64,000 nucleotides of DNA, taken from Opitutales bacterium (GTDB lineage: Bacteria; Verrucomicrobiota; Verrucomicrobiia; Opitutales; Opitutaceae). The position numbers and the translations under genes are program-made. This document shows, piece after piece, positions 47,139 through 56,832 of this stretch. The stretch is taken from assembly GCA_018700525.1 (NCBI GenBank), contig JABITN010000188.1, positions 5,261 to 69,260 on the forward strand, written 5' to 3'. The notes below the pieces were generated by a model. The model saw only the letters and a program-made list of their open reading frames with translations, had not been told where the DNA came from and made no database searches. Position 1 is the stretch's first letter. Every line of letters begins with the position of its first letter.

Positions 47139-48369
47139 TGCGCAAGGCCTCCACGGGTTTTAGCTTACCCGCTCTAATCGCGGGGATTAAACCGGCCAAC
47201 ACTGCGACCAGCATCGATAGTGTCGATATGACGACCAAATCGAATGGCACGATGTGCACGGGTAAATAGGAAAACGCATAGATTTCCTTCATCGAGCTGC
47301 TCACGCCCATGATGCTCGAAATCGCCTGCGTTATTTGAGTCCGAAACGCCAAGACCAGAAAACCAAGAGCAAAACCGAGAATGGTACCTGTCACGCCAAT
47401 CAATAACCCTTGAAAACAAAAGCACGCGGAGACCTGCCGCGAGGTTGCACCCATAGATCGATACAACCCTATTTCGCGCGTTTTTCGAATCACCGAGATC
47501 AATAGCGATGATGTGATCGAAAAAGCGGATACTATTACAATGAAGAACAAGAGGAAAAACATCATCCGCTTTTCGAATTCTAAAACAGACAAAAACTCTG
47601 ATTGAGAATCCATCCAAGTCCTCGCATAGTAAGGCCTGCCCAGGGATTGCGTGAGTGCGAACGCCTCAGCTTCCGGATCAAGGCCATCGGCGAACTGAAC
47701 GCGTATGCCATGGGCTCCGTCACCCAAATCATATAAATCCTGCATCAAGCGCAAAGAACCGATTATTGTATTCTCATCCGCCCGTTGCCACCCAGTTTGA
47801 TAAATACCCGCCACTCTCAGCAATCGTGGCAACAAGACTTCATCGCCTCCGCTTTGCTTTAATTTGAGCCCCATAAGCGGGGTGTACAAATCGACCTCGT
47901 CTCCAGGAATCAATCCCATCTGAGAGGCGAATCCGGAGCTCAGCAAAATCGAATCGTCGTCGAAGTCATCAATCTCGCCAAGCGTCATGTATGAAGCGAG
48001 TTTCTCTAATTCCTCATCGGAGCGCATATCGACGCCTTCGATGATAGGATATAACGGTTGATTCCGAAAAAGCAGCATCACGACTCCGTTCGCATAGGGC
48101 GTTGTTCGAGCCACACCTTCGTGCGCCTCGACGAAATTCACCAGCGAGTCAGGGTCGTAGATAATCCCTCCATTGGTTATTCGAGCATCTCCGTATGTAT
48201 CCGCAATTTTCGTACGGATTTCATGACCGAATCCGTTGAACACGCTAATTACGATAATCAACAACGCCACGCCTAGCGAGACCCCCGTAACCGACATCAA
48301 CGTAAAGAACGGAAATCGTTTCCCCTGTGGGAAAAGATGCCGTAAAGCGATGTGTAAATACCAGGGCAT
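47131..48369 (-). CDS. LolC/LolE-family lipoprotein-releasing system permease (FtsX domain)
   Basis: 412 aa with the MacB-like periplasmic domain between TM1 and TM2. It carries VIRKTREIGLYRSMGA and the C-terminal AGKLKPVEALRSE. Confidence 0.88.
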   Translation of the reverse strand: MPWYLHIALRHLFPQGKRFPFFTLMSVTGVSLGVALLIIVISVFNGFGHEIRTKIADTYGDARITNGGIIYDPDSLVNFVEAHEGVARTTPYANGVVMLLFRNQPLYPIIEGVDMRSDEELEKLASYMTLGEIDDFDDDSILLSSGFASQMGLIPGDEVDLYTPLMGLKLKQSGGDEVLLPRLLRVAGIYQTGWQRADENTIIGSLRLMQDLYDLGDGAHGIRVQFADGLDPEAEAFALTQSLGRPYYARTWMDSQSEFLSVLEFEKRMMFFLLFFIVIVSAFSITSSLLISVIRKTREIGLYRSMGATSRQVSACFCFQGLLIGVTGTILGFALGFLVLAFRTQITQAISSIMGVSSSMKEIYAFSYLPVHIVPFDLVVISTLSMLVAVLAGLIPAIRAGKLKPVEALRSE

Positions 48370-48436
48370 CAGCTTGAGCTAAGAATTTTGGATTGAGAAA
48401 TCGTATTCAAGCCAGGGAGGTCTGCTGCTTCGTCGA

Positions 48437-49903
48437 TTAAGACCGCAATTGCGGATAAAGAATGACGTCTCTTATCGTATCAGCTTCGGTGAGCAACATA
48501 ACTATACGGTCGATTCCCATTCCTAAGCCACCTGCTGGCGGCATCCCGTATTCTAGGGTTTCCAGGAAGTCTTCGTCGATATTCTGAGTCTCTTCTCCAG
48601 CCTGCTTTTCGAACATCTCGCGCTGCATATCAGGATCGTTTTGTTCCGAATACGCGGGGGCGATTTCCATCCCGCCAATGCATAATTCGAAAACGTCAAT
48701 CGTGCTCGAATCATCCACCGTTATTTTAGCCAGCGGACATAGTTCCTTGGGCAAATGAGTCACGAATGTCGGCTGAATCAAATTGGGCTCGATCAACTTC
48801 CCGAAAACCTCGTTGGAAACTTCGTAGTCCTCCCAATCTGGCTGCGCATCGAGTCCAAATTCCTTCACTTTCGCGAGCTTCGCTTCCTTAGGCAATTCGA
48901 ACCAATTCGGATCTTCGACTTTTTCGCAAACGAGATCCTTGTATTTCACTTCCTTCCATTCTCCCAAGAAATCGATAACCTCGCCATTGGGCATCGTGAT
49001 CTCAGTCTTGCCGAGTACGTCCTTTATGAGATAGCGGATGAGACTTTTGATCAATTCCATCATTCCACGATAGTCGGAATACGCCTCGTACAGCTCGAGC
49101 ATTGTGAACTCCGGATTATGGCGACGCGAAATGCCTTCATTGCGAAAATTCCGTCCGATTTCGAAAACCCGATCGAATCCACCAACCAGGAGGCGTTTCA
49201 GATAGAGCTCCAATGAAATGCGCAGAACGAATTCGCGATCGAGCGCGTTATGCTTCGTCAAGAACGGACGAGCCGCCGCTCCCCCAGCAATATTCTGAAA
49301 AACGGGCGTTTCGACCTCGAGATAATCTCTCTCTTCGAGAAAACGACGAATTCCGCTGATGATCTTACTTCGGTTAAAGAAGCGTTCTCGCGAATCGAGA
49401 TTCATTATAAGATCCAGGTGGCGCTGACGAATCCTCTGCTCTTGGTCCTTCAGGCCCTGGAACTTTTCCGGTAAAGGACGCAATGCCTTTGAAACCAATT
49501 CGTACCGGACTGCACGGACTGTCACTTCTCCAGTCTTCGTAACGAAGAGCGGTCCTTCGATTCCAATGATGTCTCCCGTGTCGAGTTTCTTGAAAGCCGC
49601 ATAAGCCTCTTCGCCAAGAGAATCGATCCGAACGTAAGATTGGATAATACCGCACTGGTCCTGGATTTTCACAAATTGAGCCTTGCCCATCTTGCGAATG
49701 AACTTCAGACGGCCTGCCACGCTGACGGTAGGCTGGTCCTCAGGTTCTGCGCCTGCGACATAGGCTGCGACAGCGCTCAAGGCCGTGTGTGTTGGAGAAA
49801 AAGACGAGCGAAACGGGTCCACGCCATTTGAGCGCATGTCGTCAAGTTTCTGCCGGCGTACCGCCAACTGGTCATGTGAGATATCGGATAGATTCGAGCT
49901 CAT
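48437..49903 (-). CDS. lysS: lysine--tRNA ligase (class II)
   Basis: It has an OB-fold N-terminus. The class II motifs are present (FRNEGISRRHNPEFTMLE, GGLGMGIDRIVMLL). Confidence 0.95.
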   Translation of the reverse strand: MSSNLSDISHDQLAVRRQKLDDMRSNGVDPFRSSFSPTHTALSAVAAYVAGAEPEDQPTVSVAGRLKFIRKMGKAQFVKIQDQCGIIQSYVRIDSLGEEAYAAFKKLDTGDIIGIEGPLFVTKTGEVTVRAVRYELVSKALRPLPEKFQGLKDQEQRIRQRHLDLIMNLDSRERFFNRSKIISGIRRFLEERDYLEVETPVFQNIAGGAAARPFLTKHNALDREFVLRISLELYLKRLLVGGFDRVFEIGRNFRNEGISRRHNPEFTMLELYEAYSDYRGMMELIKSLIRYLIKDVLGKTEITMPNGEVIDFLGEWKEVKYKDLVCEKVEDPNWFELPKEAKLAKVKEFGLDAQPDWEDYEVSNEVFGKLIEPNLIQPTFVTHLPKELCPLAKITVDDSSTIDVFELCIGGMEIAPAYSEQNDPDMQREMFEKQAGEETQNIDEDFLETLEYGMPPAGGLGMGIDRIVMLLTEADTIRDVILYPQLRS

Positions 49904-50114
49904 GTCTGAAAACCAGAAGGTTAAGGCGATTTGAGATCAAAAGATCAAAGCCTTTCGCCAGTAAAATGCTCCGAAATTAAAACCAGCTCCCACAATGTAT
50001 GATCTTAGACCTCCGAAACTACTTTATTTAAGAAGCTTTTAGGGCGCTTGGCGAGAAATTACTCTTGGGCGATTTGGGAGTTGAGTTTTTAGGAGGATTG
50101 AAAAGGTTGGCCTC

Positions 50115-50996
50115 ATGAAATCACGAAAGCCAGATTGGCTTCGAGCCAAACTCCCTAGCGGTCAAGGCTACGGAGCCGTGCGCAAGATGGTAGACGACAA
50201 TAAGCTGCACACCGTTTGCCAAAGCGCGCAGTGCCCGAATATGGGCGAATGTTGGTCTCGCGGCACCGCGACGGTTATGATTCTGGGCAATATCTGTACA
50301 CGCTCATGCAATTTTTGTGCGATCCAAACCGGTCGCCCTACTGAACTCGATATTGGAGAGCCTGCTCGTGTCGCCGATGCCGTGGCAAAGATGAATCTCC
50401 GCCATTGCGTAATCACTTCCGTAACGCGCGATGAGCTCGCCGATGGCGGCGCTTCGGTCTGGGCCGCAACCATCCGTGCTATTCGCAACCGAAACCCCGG
50501 CACGGCTATCGAGGTCCTTACCCCTGATTTCAAAGGAAAACTCGACCTCGTGGATATCGTCCTCGAATCCAATCCTGACATATTCAATCACAACGTCGAA
50601 ACCGTCGAACGCCTCCAGAAACCTGTACGCGTCCAAGCGAAATACGATCGTTCGCTTAAAGTGCTGAAACACGCAGGTGATCGTGGGCACATCACTAAAT
50701 CCGGGATCATGCTAGGTCTCGGCGAAACTAAACCGGAAATCGACCAAACGCTACGCGACATGCGGGCCGCAGGTGTCAAAATAGTCACACTCGGACAGTA
50801 CCTCCAACCCTCGTCCGAACATTTGACCGTCGATCGCTGGGTCACTCCAGAAGAATTCGCCGAATGGAAACGCTTCGGCCTCGAGATCGGTTTCGACTTC
50901 ATCGAATCCGGACCGCTTGTCCGCTCCTCCTATCACGCCGACGAGCAATCTGCAGCTTTCACTGGGATCGAATCGCTGCAAAGAACCTCCGCTTAA
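50115..50996 (+). CDS. lipA: lipoyl synthase
   Basis: It carries CQSAQCPNMGECW and the radical-SAM motif CTRSCNFC, and ends SSYHADEQ. Confidence 0.95.
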   Translation: MKSRKPDWLRAKLPSGQGYGAVRKMVDDNKLHTVCQSAQCPNMGECWSRGTATVMILGNICTRSCNFCAIQTGRPTELDIGEPARVADAVAKMNLRHCVITSVTRDELADGGASVWAATIRAIRNRNPGTAIEVLTPDFKGKLDLVDIVLESNPDIFNHNVETVERLQKPVRVQAKYDRSLKVLKHAGDRGHITKSGIMLGLGETKPEIDQTLRDMRAAGVKIVTLGQYLQPSSEHLTVDRWVTPEEFAEWKRFGLEIGFDFIESGPLVRSSYHADEQSAAFTGIESLQRTSA

Positions 50997-52072
50997 ATTA
51001 CGTTTGCGGACTCTATATGAACTGCAGGCCCGAAACGCCTAGGGCTGAAATTACGCCGAAGTGCCTATCGCCAAAGGGAGTTACCTTCCAGATGCGACAG
51101 TTGGAAACCTGGTATTGCCCCCCCGATGATTGCCGACCGTCCGAACGGAACTTAAATTCGGAGGGAAATTCAGAGATAAACTGACGATCGCGTCCCCATA
51201 CAGATCTGCAGGACTGGGCTGATCTGTTGTTCTGACAAAACTCAAAGCTGCTACCAATAACGTTCGAAACGTTTAAGCAGATCGTGGATTTCGCAGGTTT
51301 CGCATATTGCAACGATGGTTCTCCAGATAACCCCAAGGTGCTCAATCGAACTCCAGGCTAGCTTAATGAATTACCAGGTAGTTCTGCAAAATTCTCTTGT
51401 TTAGGAACTTCGGGTAAAGGACTTTCCCTTGGGACTACGGTAAAGCCCATCTCGCGGCAGCAATAACACGCGAATTGCCACCAGTTGTAACGATAAGTAC
51501 TACATTTGTAGTCTTAATCGATTGACATGCTGATCAATCGCTTTCTTATTGATTCTCAGGACCTTTCTTTACGCCCATTCTCGACAGCCCCCCCCCACCA
51601 CCAACTTGCGTATTCAAAAGCTGAATTCTCGAATATTCGTGTATTCTCTCGTTATTCTCGCAAAAACCCTTGATTTAAGTCTTCGAACCCATTGCATAAG
51701 CAAACTCTTTTGAAAATTCTGCAATAGAACCGCCCAAAATCGTTTTAAATTCTTGCAGTCCCCGCTAATCCATCATTTTTCTTTCAATCTTTTCCTGAAT
51801 TCTGCTGATAACCGAATTTTGACACTCAATTCTTACATACCCTTTTACCACTTCCGAAAAACCAAGTTAGCGGCTTCGGACTCCGAGGGATATCATTCGA
51901 CTGATATCTCTATTTTTGCGACCTCCCACTTTCCAACCAACCCAGAAAACAGTTCCTAGAAACTGCCACTATCCTGTAAACCTGATTCAAGCGGGCGTGT
52001 TTTACGCCGTGATTGCAATGCGCATCCGACTTCACTCGCCATTGAAAACCTTACGACTAAAGAGAATATACA

Positions 52073-52840
52073 ATGATTAAGATCAAAGTGTTACCATTAA
52101 TTGCAGCAGGGATCGCGATCGCCGCTTCCAGCTCATTATTTTCAGCTCCAGCACTGGCGGAGACTCGTTCTACTCTAAAGGACTGGGTTGAGCTCAAAAA
52201 GCTTGTTTCCGAGGAAAGCAGCAAATGGAGAGTCGAAAAGGAAACCCTGAACGAGTCTATCGATTTGCTCACTAAGGAAATCGAAAAGCTCGACGAGCAG
52301 ATTACTTCGATGCAAAGCGAAGCGGACGCAGCTCAGCTCGAACGCCAATCTCTTAACAACGAAGATGACGAACTCAAGCAAGCCGCGGCAGTGGTTAAGC
52401 AAGTCGCCAGCGACCTGGAAAGAGACACTCTTCAACTCTTAGAGCAATTTCCGAATTCCCTGCAGAAGAAGCTCAAACTTCTCACTGAACGTATTCCCAA
52501 GACTCCCAAGGCAGCCGATCAACTCGGCCTGTCGACCCGCATTCAGTATGTGATCGGTATCCTCGGTGAAATTGAAAAGTTCAACAAGCAAATCTCCGTC
52601 GAAGAAACGATGCAAAACATCGGTGGATCTGACGTAGCCGTAAAAACAATGTACATCGGCCTATCAGTCGGTTACTACGTCGATGGTACTCGCACGGAAG
52701 CCGGAATCCTTCGCCCTGCAAAAGGCGGATGGCAAAAGGAAGCCCGCAACGATCTCGCTAACGAAATCGCCACGGCAATTGCCGTTTACGAACGGGAAGA
52801 AACCGCTCAATTCGTTAACTTGCCAGTTAACGTTAACTGA
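52073..52840 (+). CDS. DUF3450-family periplasmic coiled-coil protein (TtpB-like)
   Basis: A signal peptide and a long coiled coil are followed by the C-terminal MYIGLSVGYYVDGTRTEAG pattern typical of DUF3450. Confidence 0.8.
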   Translation: MIKIKVLPLIAAGIAIAASSSLFSAPALAETRSTLKDWVELKKLVSEESSKWRVEKETLNESIDLLTKEIEKLDEQITSMQSEADAAQLERQSLNNEDDELKQAAAVVKQVASDLERDTLQLLEQFPNSLQKKLKLLTERIPKTPKAADQLGLSTRIQYVIGILGEIEKFNKQISVEETMQNIGGSDVAVKTMYIGLSVGYYVDGTRTEAGILRPAKGGWQKEARNDLANEIATAIAVYEREETAQFVNLPVNVN

Positions 52841-52884
52841 ACAGTAGAGCCATCAAGTAGAACCACAGATTAATTTTAAAAAAC

Positions 52885-54273
52885 ATGAAAGCGGTTAAAT
52901 TACTCACTGTCGGACTAGTGCTCGCTAGCAGCCTATCCCTTTTCGCCCAACCAAAATTCGCTGACGTCGCCAAGGAGGCGCAGCAGGCTGTCGTAGACGC
53001 CACGAAGGAACTCGCAGATTTGCGTTCAAGAATCGCGGATGAGAAGATTCCAATCTCTCGAACCCTTACTCAGCTCGAAAGCCAAGTACAAGAAAAGCGC
53101 TCGGAATATGATCGCGTCGTCACAGCAGCTGAAAATCGCTCAGTAGGGCTCAGTGCTTTGCAAAACACCGTCGAGAAACGTCGCGATGAAAACATCTACC
53201 TGAAGAACTTGATGTCTAGTTACATCAAGCAATTCAGCACGCGGATCGACGAATCCGAACTCCAGGCGCATGAAGATATCATCGCTGCAGCAGAACAAAT
53301 CCTAGAAGGCAATGCTCCTGATTCGGAAAAGTTCGCGACTCAGATCAAAGTGCTCGAAGCCTCCTTGGAGCGTGTTGGCAACATCGTCGGCGGCTACAAA
53401 TTCGCTGGTAGAGCTCTCGGCGAGAACGATCGCGCAGTTGACGGAAACTTCATCCTCATTGGTCCCTTCGCTTTCTTTGGCGACGGTGGAACGAGTGTAG
53501 GTTTCTCTAAAGGACGCCCCAATGCGGCTTACCCGCTTGTTAAGAGCGACGGCCTGCTTCCCGAGACCATCGCCACGATCAGCGCAACCACGCAATCAGG
53601 CGAAGGCATCCTTCCAATCGACTCGACTGAAGGTGACGCATTCAAGCTCGCGGAACTCGTTGAAACGCCAATCGAGCATGCTCTCAAGGGTGGTACCACT
53701 ATCTACATCATCCTCTTGCTCGCCCTTTGCGCCCTACTCGTTGCGATCTTCAAACTCTTCGAAATCAACTCCGTTAAGCGTCCACGCTCCGGAGCCCTTC
53801 AACAGATCCTTGATCACTTGAATGCTGGTAAGAAGCAGGAAGCCCTCGAAATCGCCAATTCAGTCGACGGTCCATTCGGCGACATGCTGGTCGCCGGTGT
53901 CGAACACCACGACGAAGAAAAGGAACTGCTCGAAGAAATTCTCTACGAACGCCTTCTTGCTGCTCAACCGAAGCTCGAACGCTTCCTTGCCTTCATCGCC
54001 CTGACGGCTGGCGCTGCACCTCTATTAGGTCTTCTCGGAACGGTTACTGGCATGATCAAGACCTTTAAGCTGATCACCGTATTCGGTACGGGTGATGCGG
54101 CTTCTCTGTCATCTGGTATTTCAGAAGCGTTGATTACCACTGAGTACGGTCTGTACGTGGCGATTCCCGCCCTCCTCGCTCAAGCGCTCCTGACCCGACA
54201 AGCCAAAGGCAAACTCGGTGAAATGGAACAAGCTTCCGTTGCATTCGTTAACGGTCTCAGCAAGAAAAGATAA
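52885..54273 (+). CDS. long MotA/TolQ/ExbB-family proton channel protein (TtpC-like)
   Basis: A signal peptide and a ~250-aa periplasmic coiled-coil region come first. Three TM segments follow, carrying LGLLGTVTGMIKTF. Confidence 0.88.
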   Translation: MKAVKLLTVGLVLASSLSLFAQPKFADVAKEAQQAVVDATKELADLRSRIADEKIPISRTLTQLESQVQEKRSEYDRVVTAAENRSVGLSALQNTVEKRRDENIYLKNLMSSYIKQFSTRIDESELQAHEDIIAAAEQILEGNAPDSEKFATQIKVLEASLERVGNIVGGYKFAGRALGENDRAVDGNFILIGPFAFFGDGGTSVGFSKGRPNAAYPLVKSDGLLPETIATISATTQSGEGILPIDSTEGDAFKLAELVETPIEHALKGGTTIYIILLLALCALLVAIFKLFEINSVKRPRSGALQQILDHLNAGKKQEALEIANSVDGPFGDMLVAGVEHHDEEKELLEEILYERLLAAQPKLERFLAFIALTAGAAPLLGLLGTVTGMIKTFKLITVFGTGDAASLSSGISEALITTEYGLYVAIPALLAQALLTRQAKGKLGEMEQASVAFVNGLSKKR

Positions 54274-54409
54274 GCGTCGATCGGGAGCCTCTTAACGAAA
54301 AACGGACGTCACGAAAAAATGATCAACGTAAAATCGAAAATGCTCCCGAAATCTAACAGTCTCGCCAAGCAGCGTGATGGTAATATTTAACGTAAGAAAC
54401 TGAGGCCCC

Positions 54410-54832
54410 ATGGGAAAAAATAAAAAGTCCATGTCAGCTACTGACGATGTTGAAGAAATCAACATCTCGCCGCTGATTGACATGGTATTCATCCTTCTGA
54501 TCTTCTTCATCGTTACTACGGTATTCGTCGAAGAACCCGGAGTAGATGTCGTCAAACCCTTCGCTTACAATGCGGAAGATCTCGCCAAGAACTGTATCAT
54601 GATTGCGGTAACGGAATCGGACAACGTTTTCTACGGCGGCGAAGAAGTCGGTCTGGCCGGAATTCGTGTCAAAGTACGCCGCATGATCAAGGAGAACGAA
54701 AGTTACCCAGTGATCATCCAAGCGGACATTGGCGCAACCAACGGCACGGTTGCTCGCTTAATTGACGAATGCAAACTGGCAGAAGTTCCAGCGTCGAACA
54801 TTCACCTATCTCTAGAAAGGCTAAACAACTAG
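54410..54832 (+). CDS. exbD: ExbD/TolR-family biopolymer transport protein (paralog 1)
   Basis: It carries [20 protein letters not shown] and an ExbD-like periplasmic domain. Confidence 0.9.
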   Translation: MGKNKKSMSATDDVEEINISPLIDMVFILLIFFIVTTVFVEEPGVDVVKPFAYNAEDLAKNCIMIAVTESDNVFYGGEEVGLAGIRVKVRRMIKENESYPVIIQADIGATNGTVARLIDECKLAEVPASNIHLSLERLNN

Positions 54833-54873
54833 TCGAGGCGCTCTCAAGCACAACGAATAGCATATTTTCTACT

Positions 54874-55299
54874 ATGAGAAATAAAAAGCATTTAGGCGAA
54901 AGCGATGAGATGACCGAGATCAACATCTCCCCGTTGATCGACATGGTATTCATCCTCCTTATCTTCTTTATCGTTACTACGGTATTCGTTGAAGAAAAGG
55001 GAATGGCTGCAAACACGCCGGATCCGGCGCCCGCAGAGGACCAAGATGAAGAAAAAATCCGTCTCTCTCTTACAATTAAGAAGAATGGCGAGGTTTTCTC
55101 CAAGCTAGGACCAGTCGAAAAGAACATCGGCGTGGGCGGCGTACGAGCGCTTGTCCAACAGGAAATGCAACGCGAACAGTACCCGATCATGATCAACGTT
55201 GAAAAGGAATCTTTGGTCGCGACCTACGTAACGGTTCACGACACATGTCTGATAGCTGGCGCTGAAGGAATCACGATGAAAGTAATACAGTCAGAATAA
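54874..55299 (+). CDS. exbD: ExbD/TolR-family biopolymer transport protein (paralog 2, with a short Pro/acidic linker)
   Basis: The ATG at 54874 gives [35 protein letters not shown] linker NTPDPAPAEDQDEE follows. The ORF's upstream extension overlaps paralog 1. Confidence 0.88.
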   Translation: MRNKKHLGESDEMTEINISPLIDMVFILLIFFIVTTVFVEEKGMAANTPDPAPAEDQDEEKIRLSLTIKKNGEVFSKLGPVEKNIGVGGVRALVQQEMQREQYPIMINVEKESLVATYVTVHDTCLIAGAEGITMKVIQSE

Positions 55300-55356
55300 T
55301 ACACGACCCTTCTGATCTGTTAACCACTGTAATATTAATTTAAGAACCAAATCAAA

Positions 55357-56745
55357 ATGACTAAGAGCAACCTATTAAAATCTGCTTTATCTGGTCTCCT
55401 CTGCGCCGCGGGAATTCTTTCCGCATCGGCTCAGCTCGAATACAACGCCGAGGAATTCTGGAGCCAACCGCACATTCGTGAAGCCTATCTCGGCAACTAC
55501 GAGCTCAATACGAAAACCGAGCCAAAGCTAAGCGAGACTGAACAAGAAGTTTTCAGAGAGCTCCTCGAGCTCATGAAGACCGACAAGAACGCAGCTCTGC
55601 AAATGCTTCTTACGAACATCACTCCCGAGTCTAGCGGCGCCATGGAATTCCTGGTAGGCAGCTTGTACGGCGAACGTGACGACGTTGAGAATGCGATGAA
55701 GTACTTCACTCTGGCGGTCGAAAAGTACCCGAACTTCCTAAGAGCTCGTCGTAACTTGGCTATCATGCTTGTCCAAAATGCGAAATTCGAAGAGGCGATA
55801 GGACACTTCATCAAGGCTATCGATCTTGGTTCTCGTGACACGACTACTTTCGGACTTCTCGGACTTTGCTACGTCAATGGCAGCAAGTTCATTTCTGCGG
55901 AGACCGCCTATCGCGAAGCCATCATGCTCAATCCGAAGATCAAGGATTGGCAGCTCGGTCTTGCGAAGTCGCTTCTCAATCAAAAAAAATACGAAGAAGC
56001 AATTGCCGTACTCGAAGAGATTTTACTCGACGAGCCAGAAAACGAAATCATCTGGATAAGCCAAGCGAATGCTTACCTCGGTCTCGATGACCCCGAGACA
56101 GCCGTCGCCATTCAGGAAATCGTTGATCGCCTCGGTAAGTCCACCGCTGCCTCTCTCGAATTCATGGGTAACATTTACATGTCCCGTAATTTGAACGACC
56201 TCGCCCTCACCTACTATCGCAAGGCGATCAAGAAGGACCCGAAGCGCTCGGTTAAAACTCACGTCGATACTGCTGACATTCTTGTGGGACGTGGAGCATT
56301 CGAAGAAGCTGAAGTGCTCATTAAAGATATCCGCAGTTCTTACGCTGACAGAATTGCGAAGAACCAAGACACTCGCCTCCTCCGCATGGAATCGCACATC
56401 GCGATGAATAATGGGGAGATCGAAGTCTTCATTCCTATCCTCGAACGACTCATTGAGAACGATCCACTCGATGGCGACGCCCTAATGATGCTCGCTGACC
56501 ACTACACTTCGCAGGCCACGATCGATGGGTTCTCCCGTGCCGATCTCTATTACGAACGCGTAGCCAAGATCACTGAATTCGAAGTTAAGGCATTGATTGC
56601 CTGGGCCCGTTCTTATGTATCTCGCGAACAATACGGAAAAGCTATTCCACACCTCGAACGTGCGAATACCCTCGAGCCACGTCCGTTCATTACGCGCTAT
56701 CTAGAAGGCGTTCGCAAGATCCACATTGCGAATAGCGGTTACTAA
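55357..56745 (+). CDS. secreted TPR-repeat protein (TtpD-like position)
   Basis: A signal peptide is followed by multiple TPR-like repeats (AMKYFTLAVEKYPNF, AIGHFIKAIDLG, AETAYREAIMLNP...). It is the last gene before a strong terminator. Confidence 0.85.
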   Translation: MTKSNLLKSALSGLLCAAGILSASAQLEYNAEEFWSQPHIREAYLGNYELNTKTEPKLSETEQEVFRELLELMKTDKNAALQMLLTNITPESSGAMEFLVGSLYGERDDVENAMKYFTLAVEKYPNFLRARRNLAIMLVQNAKFEEAIGHFIKAIDLGSRDTTTFGLLGLCYVNGSKFISAETAYREAIMLNPKIKDWQLGLAKSLLNQKKYEEAIAVLEEILLDEPENEIIWISQANAYLGLDDPETAVAIQEIVDRLGKSTAASLEFMGNIYMSRNLNDLALTYYRKAIKKDPKRSVKTHVDTADILVGRGAFEEAEVLIKDIRSSYADRIAKNQDTRLLRMESHIAMNNGEIEVFIPILERLIENDPLDGDALMMLADHYTSQATIDGFSRADLYYERVAKITEFEVKALIAWARSYVSREQYGKAIPHLERANTLEPRPFITRYLEGVRKIHIANSGY

Positions 56746-56771
56746 AGAGACCTCGAAACCTTTTCTCAAAA

Positions 56772-56802
56772 GGCGGAAACCGAAAGGTTTTCGCCTTTTT
56801 TT
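56772..56802. terminator. bidirectional rho-independent terminator between the TPR gene (+) and uvrB (-)
   Basis: GGCGGAAACC (56772-56781) pairs with GGTTTTCGCC (56786-95) around a GAAA loop. T7 follows on the plus strand and T4 on the minus strand. Confidence 0.8.
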
Positions 56803-56832
56803 GGCTCTGGTTACCGCCTCGGTCTAGCGGGA

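Noticed and set aside
51013-51345. 110-aa minus-strand ORF considered as a remnant of a DUF1559/H-X9-DG protein C-terminus (…RDRQFISEF…SSGGQ…)
   Set aside because: The resemblance is limited to an FISE-like string. The spacing to any His and the DG motif does not fit. It would need BLASTX to revisit.
51418-51431. AAGGGAAAGTCCTT on the minus strand, resembling the RNase P RNA CR-I box (GGAAAGUCC)
   Set aside because: None of the other conserved RNase P elements I remember appears in the flanking ~400 nt. It is a chance 9-mer.
54769-54873. N-terminal extension of the second exbD ORF overlapping the first exbD
   Set aside because: The ATG at 54874 reproduces the N-terminal layout of paralog 1: a short basic N-terminus followed by the [11 protein letters not shown] helix.
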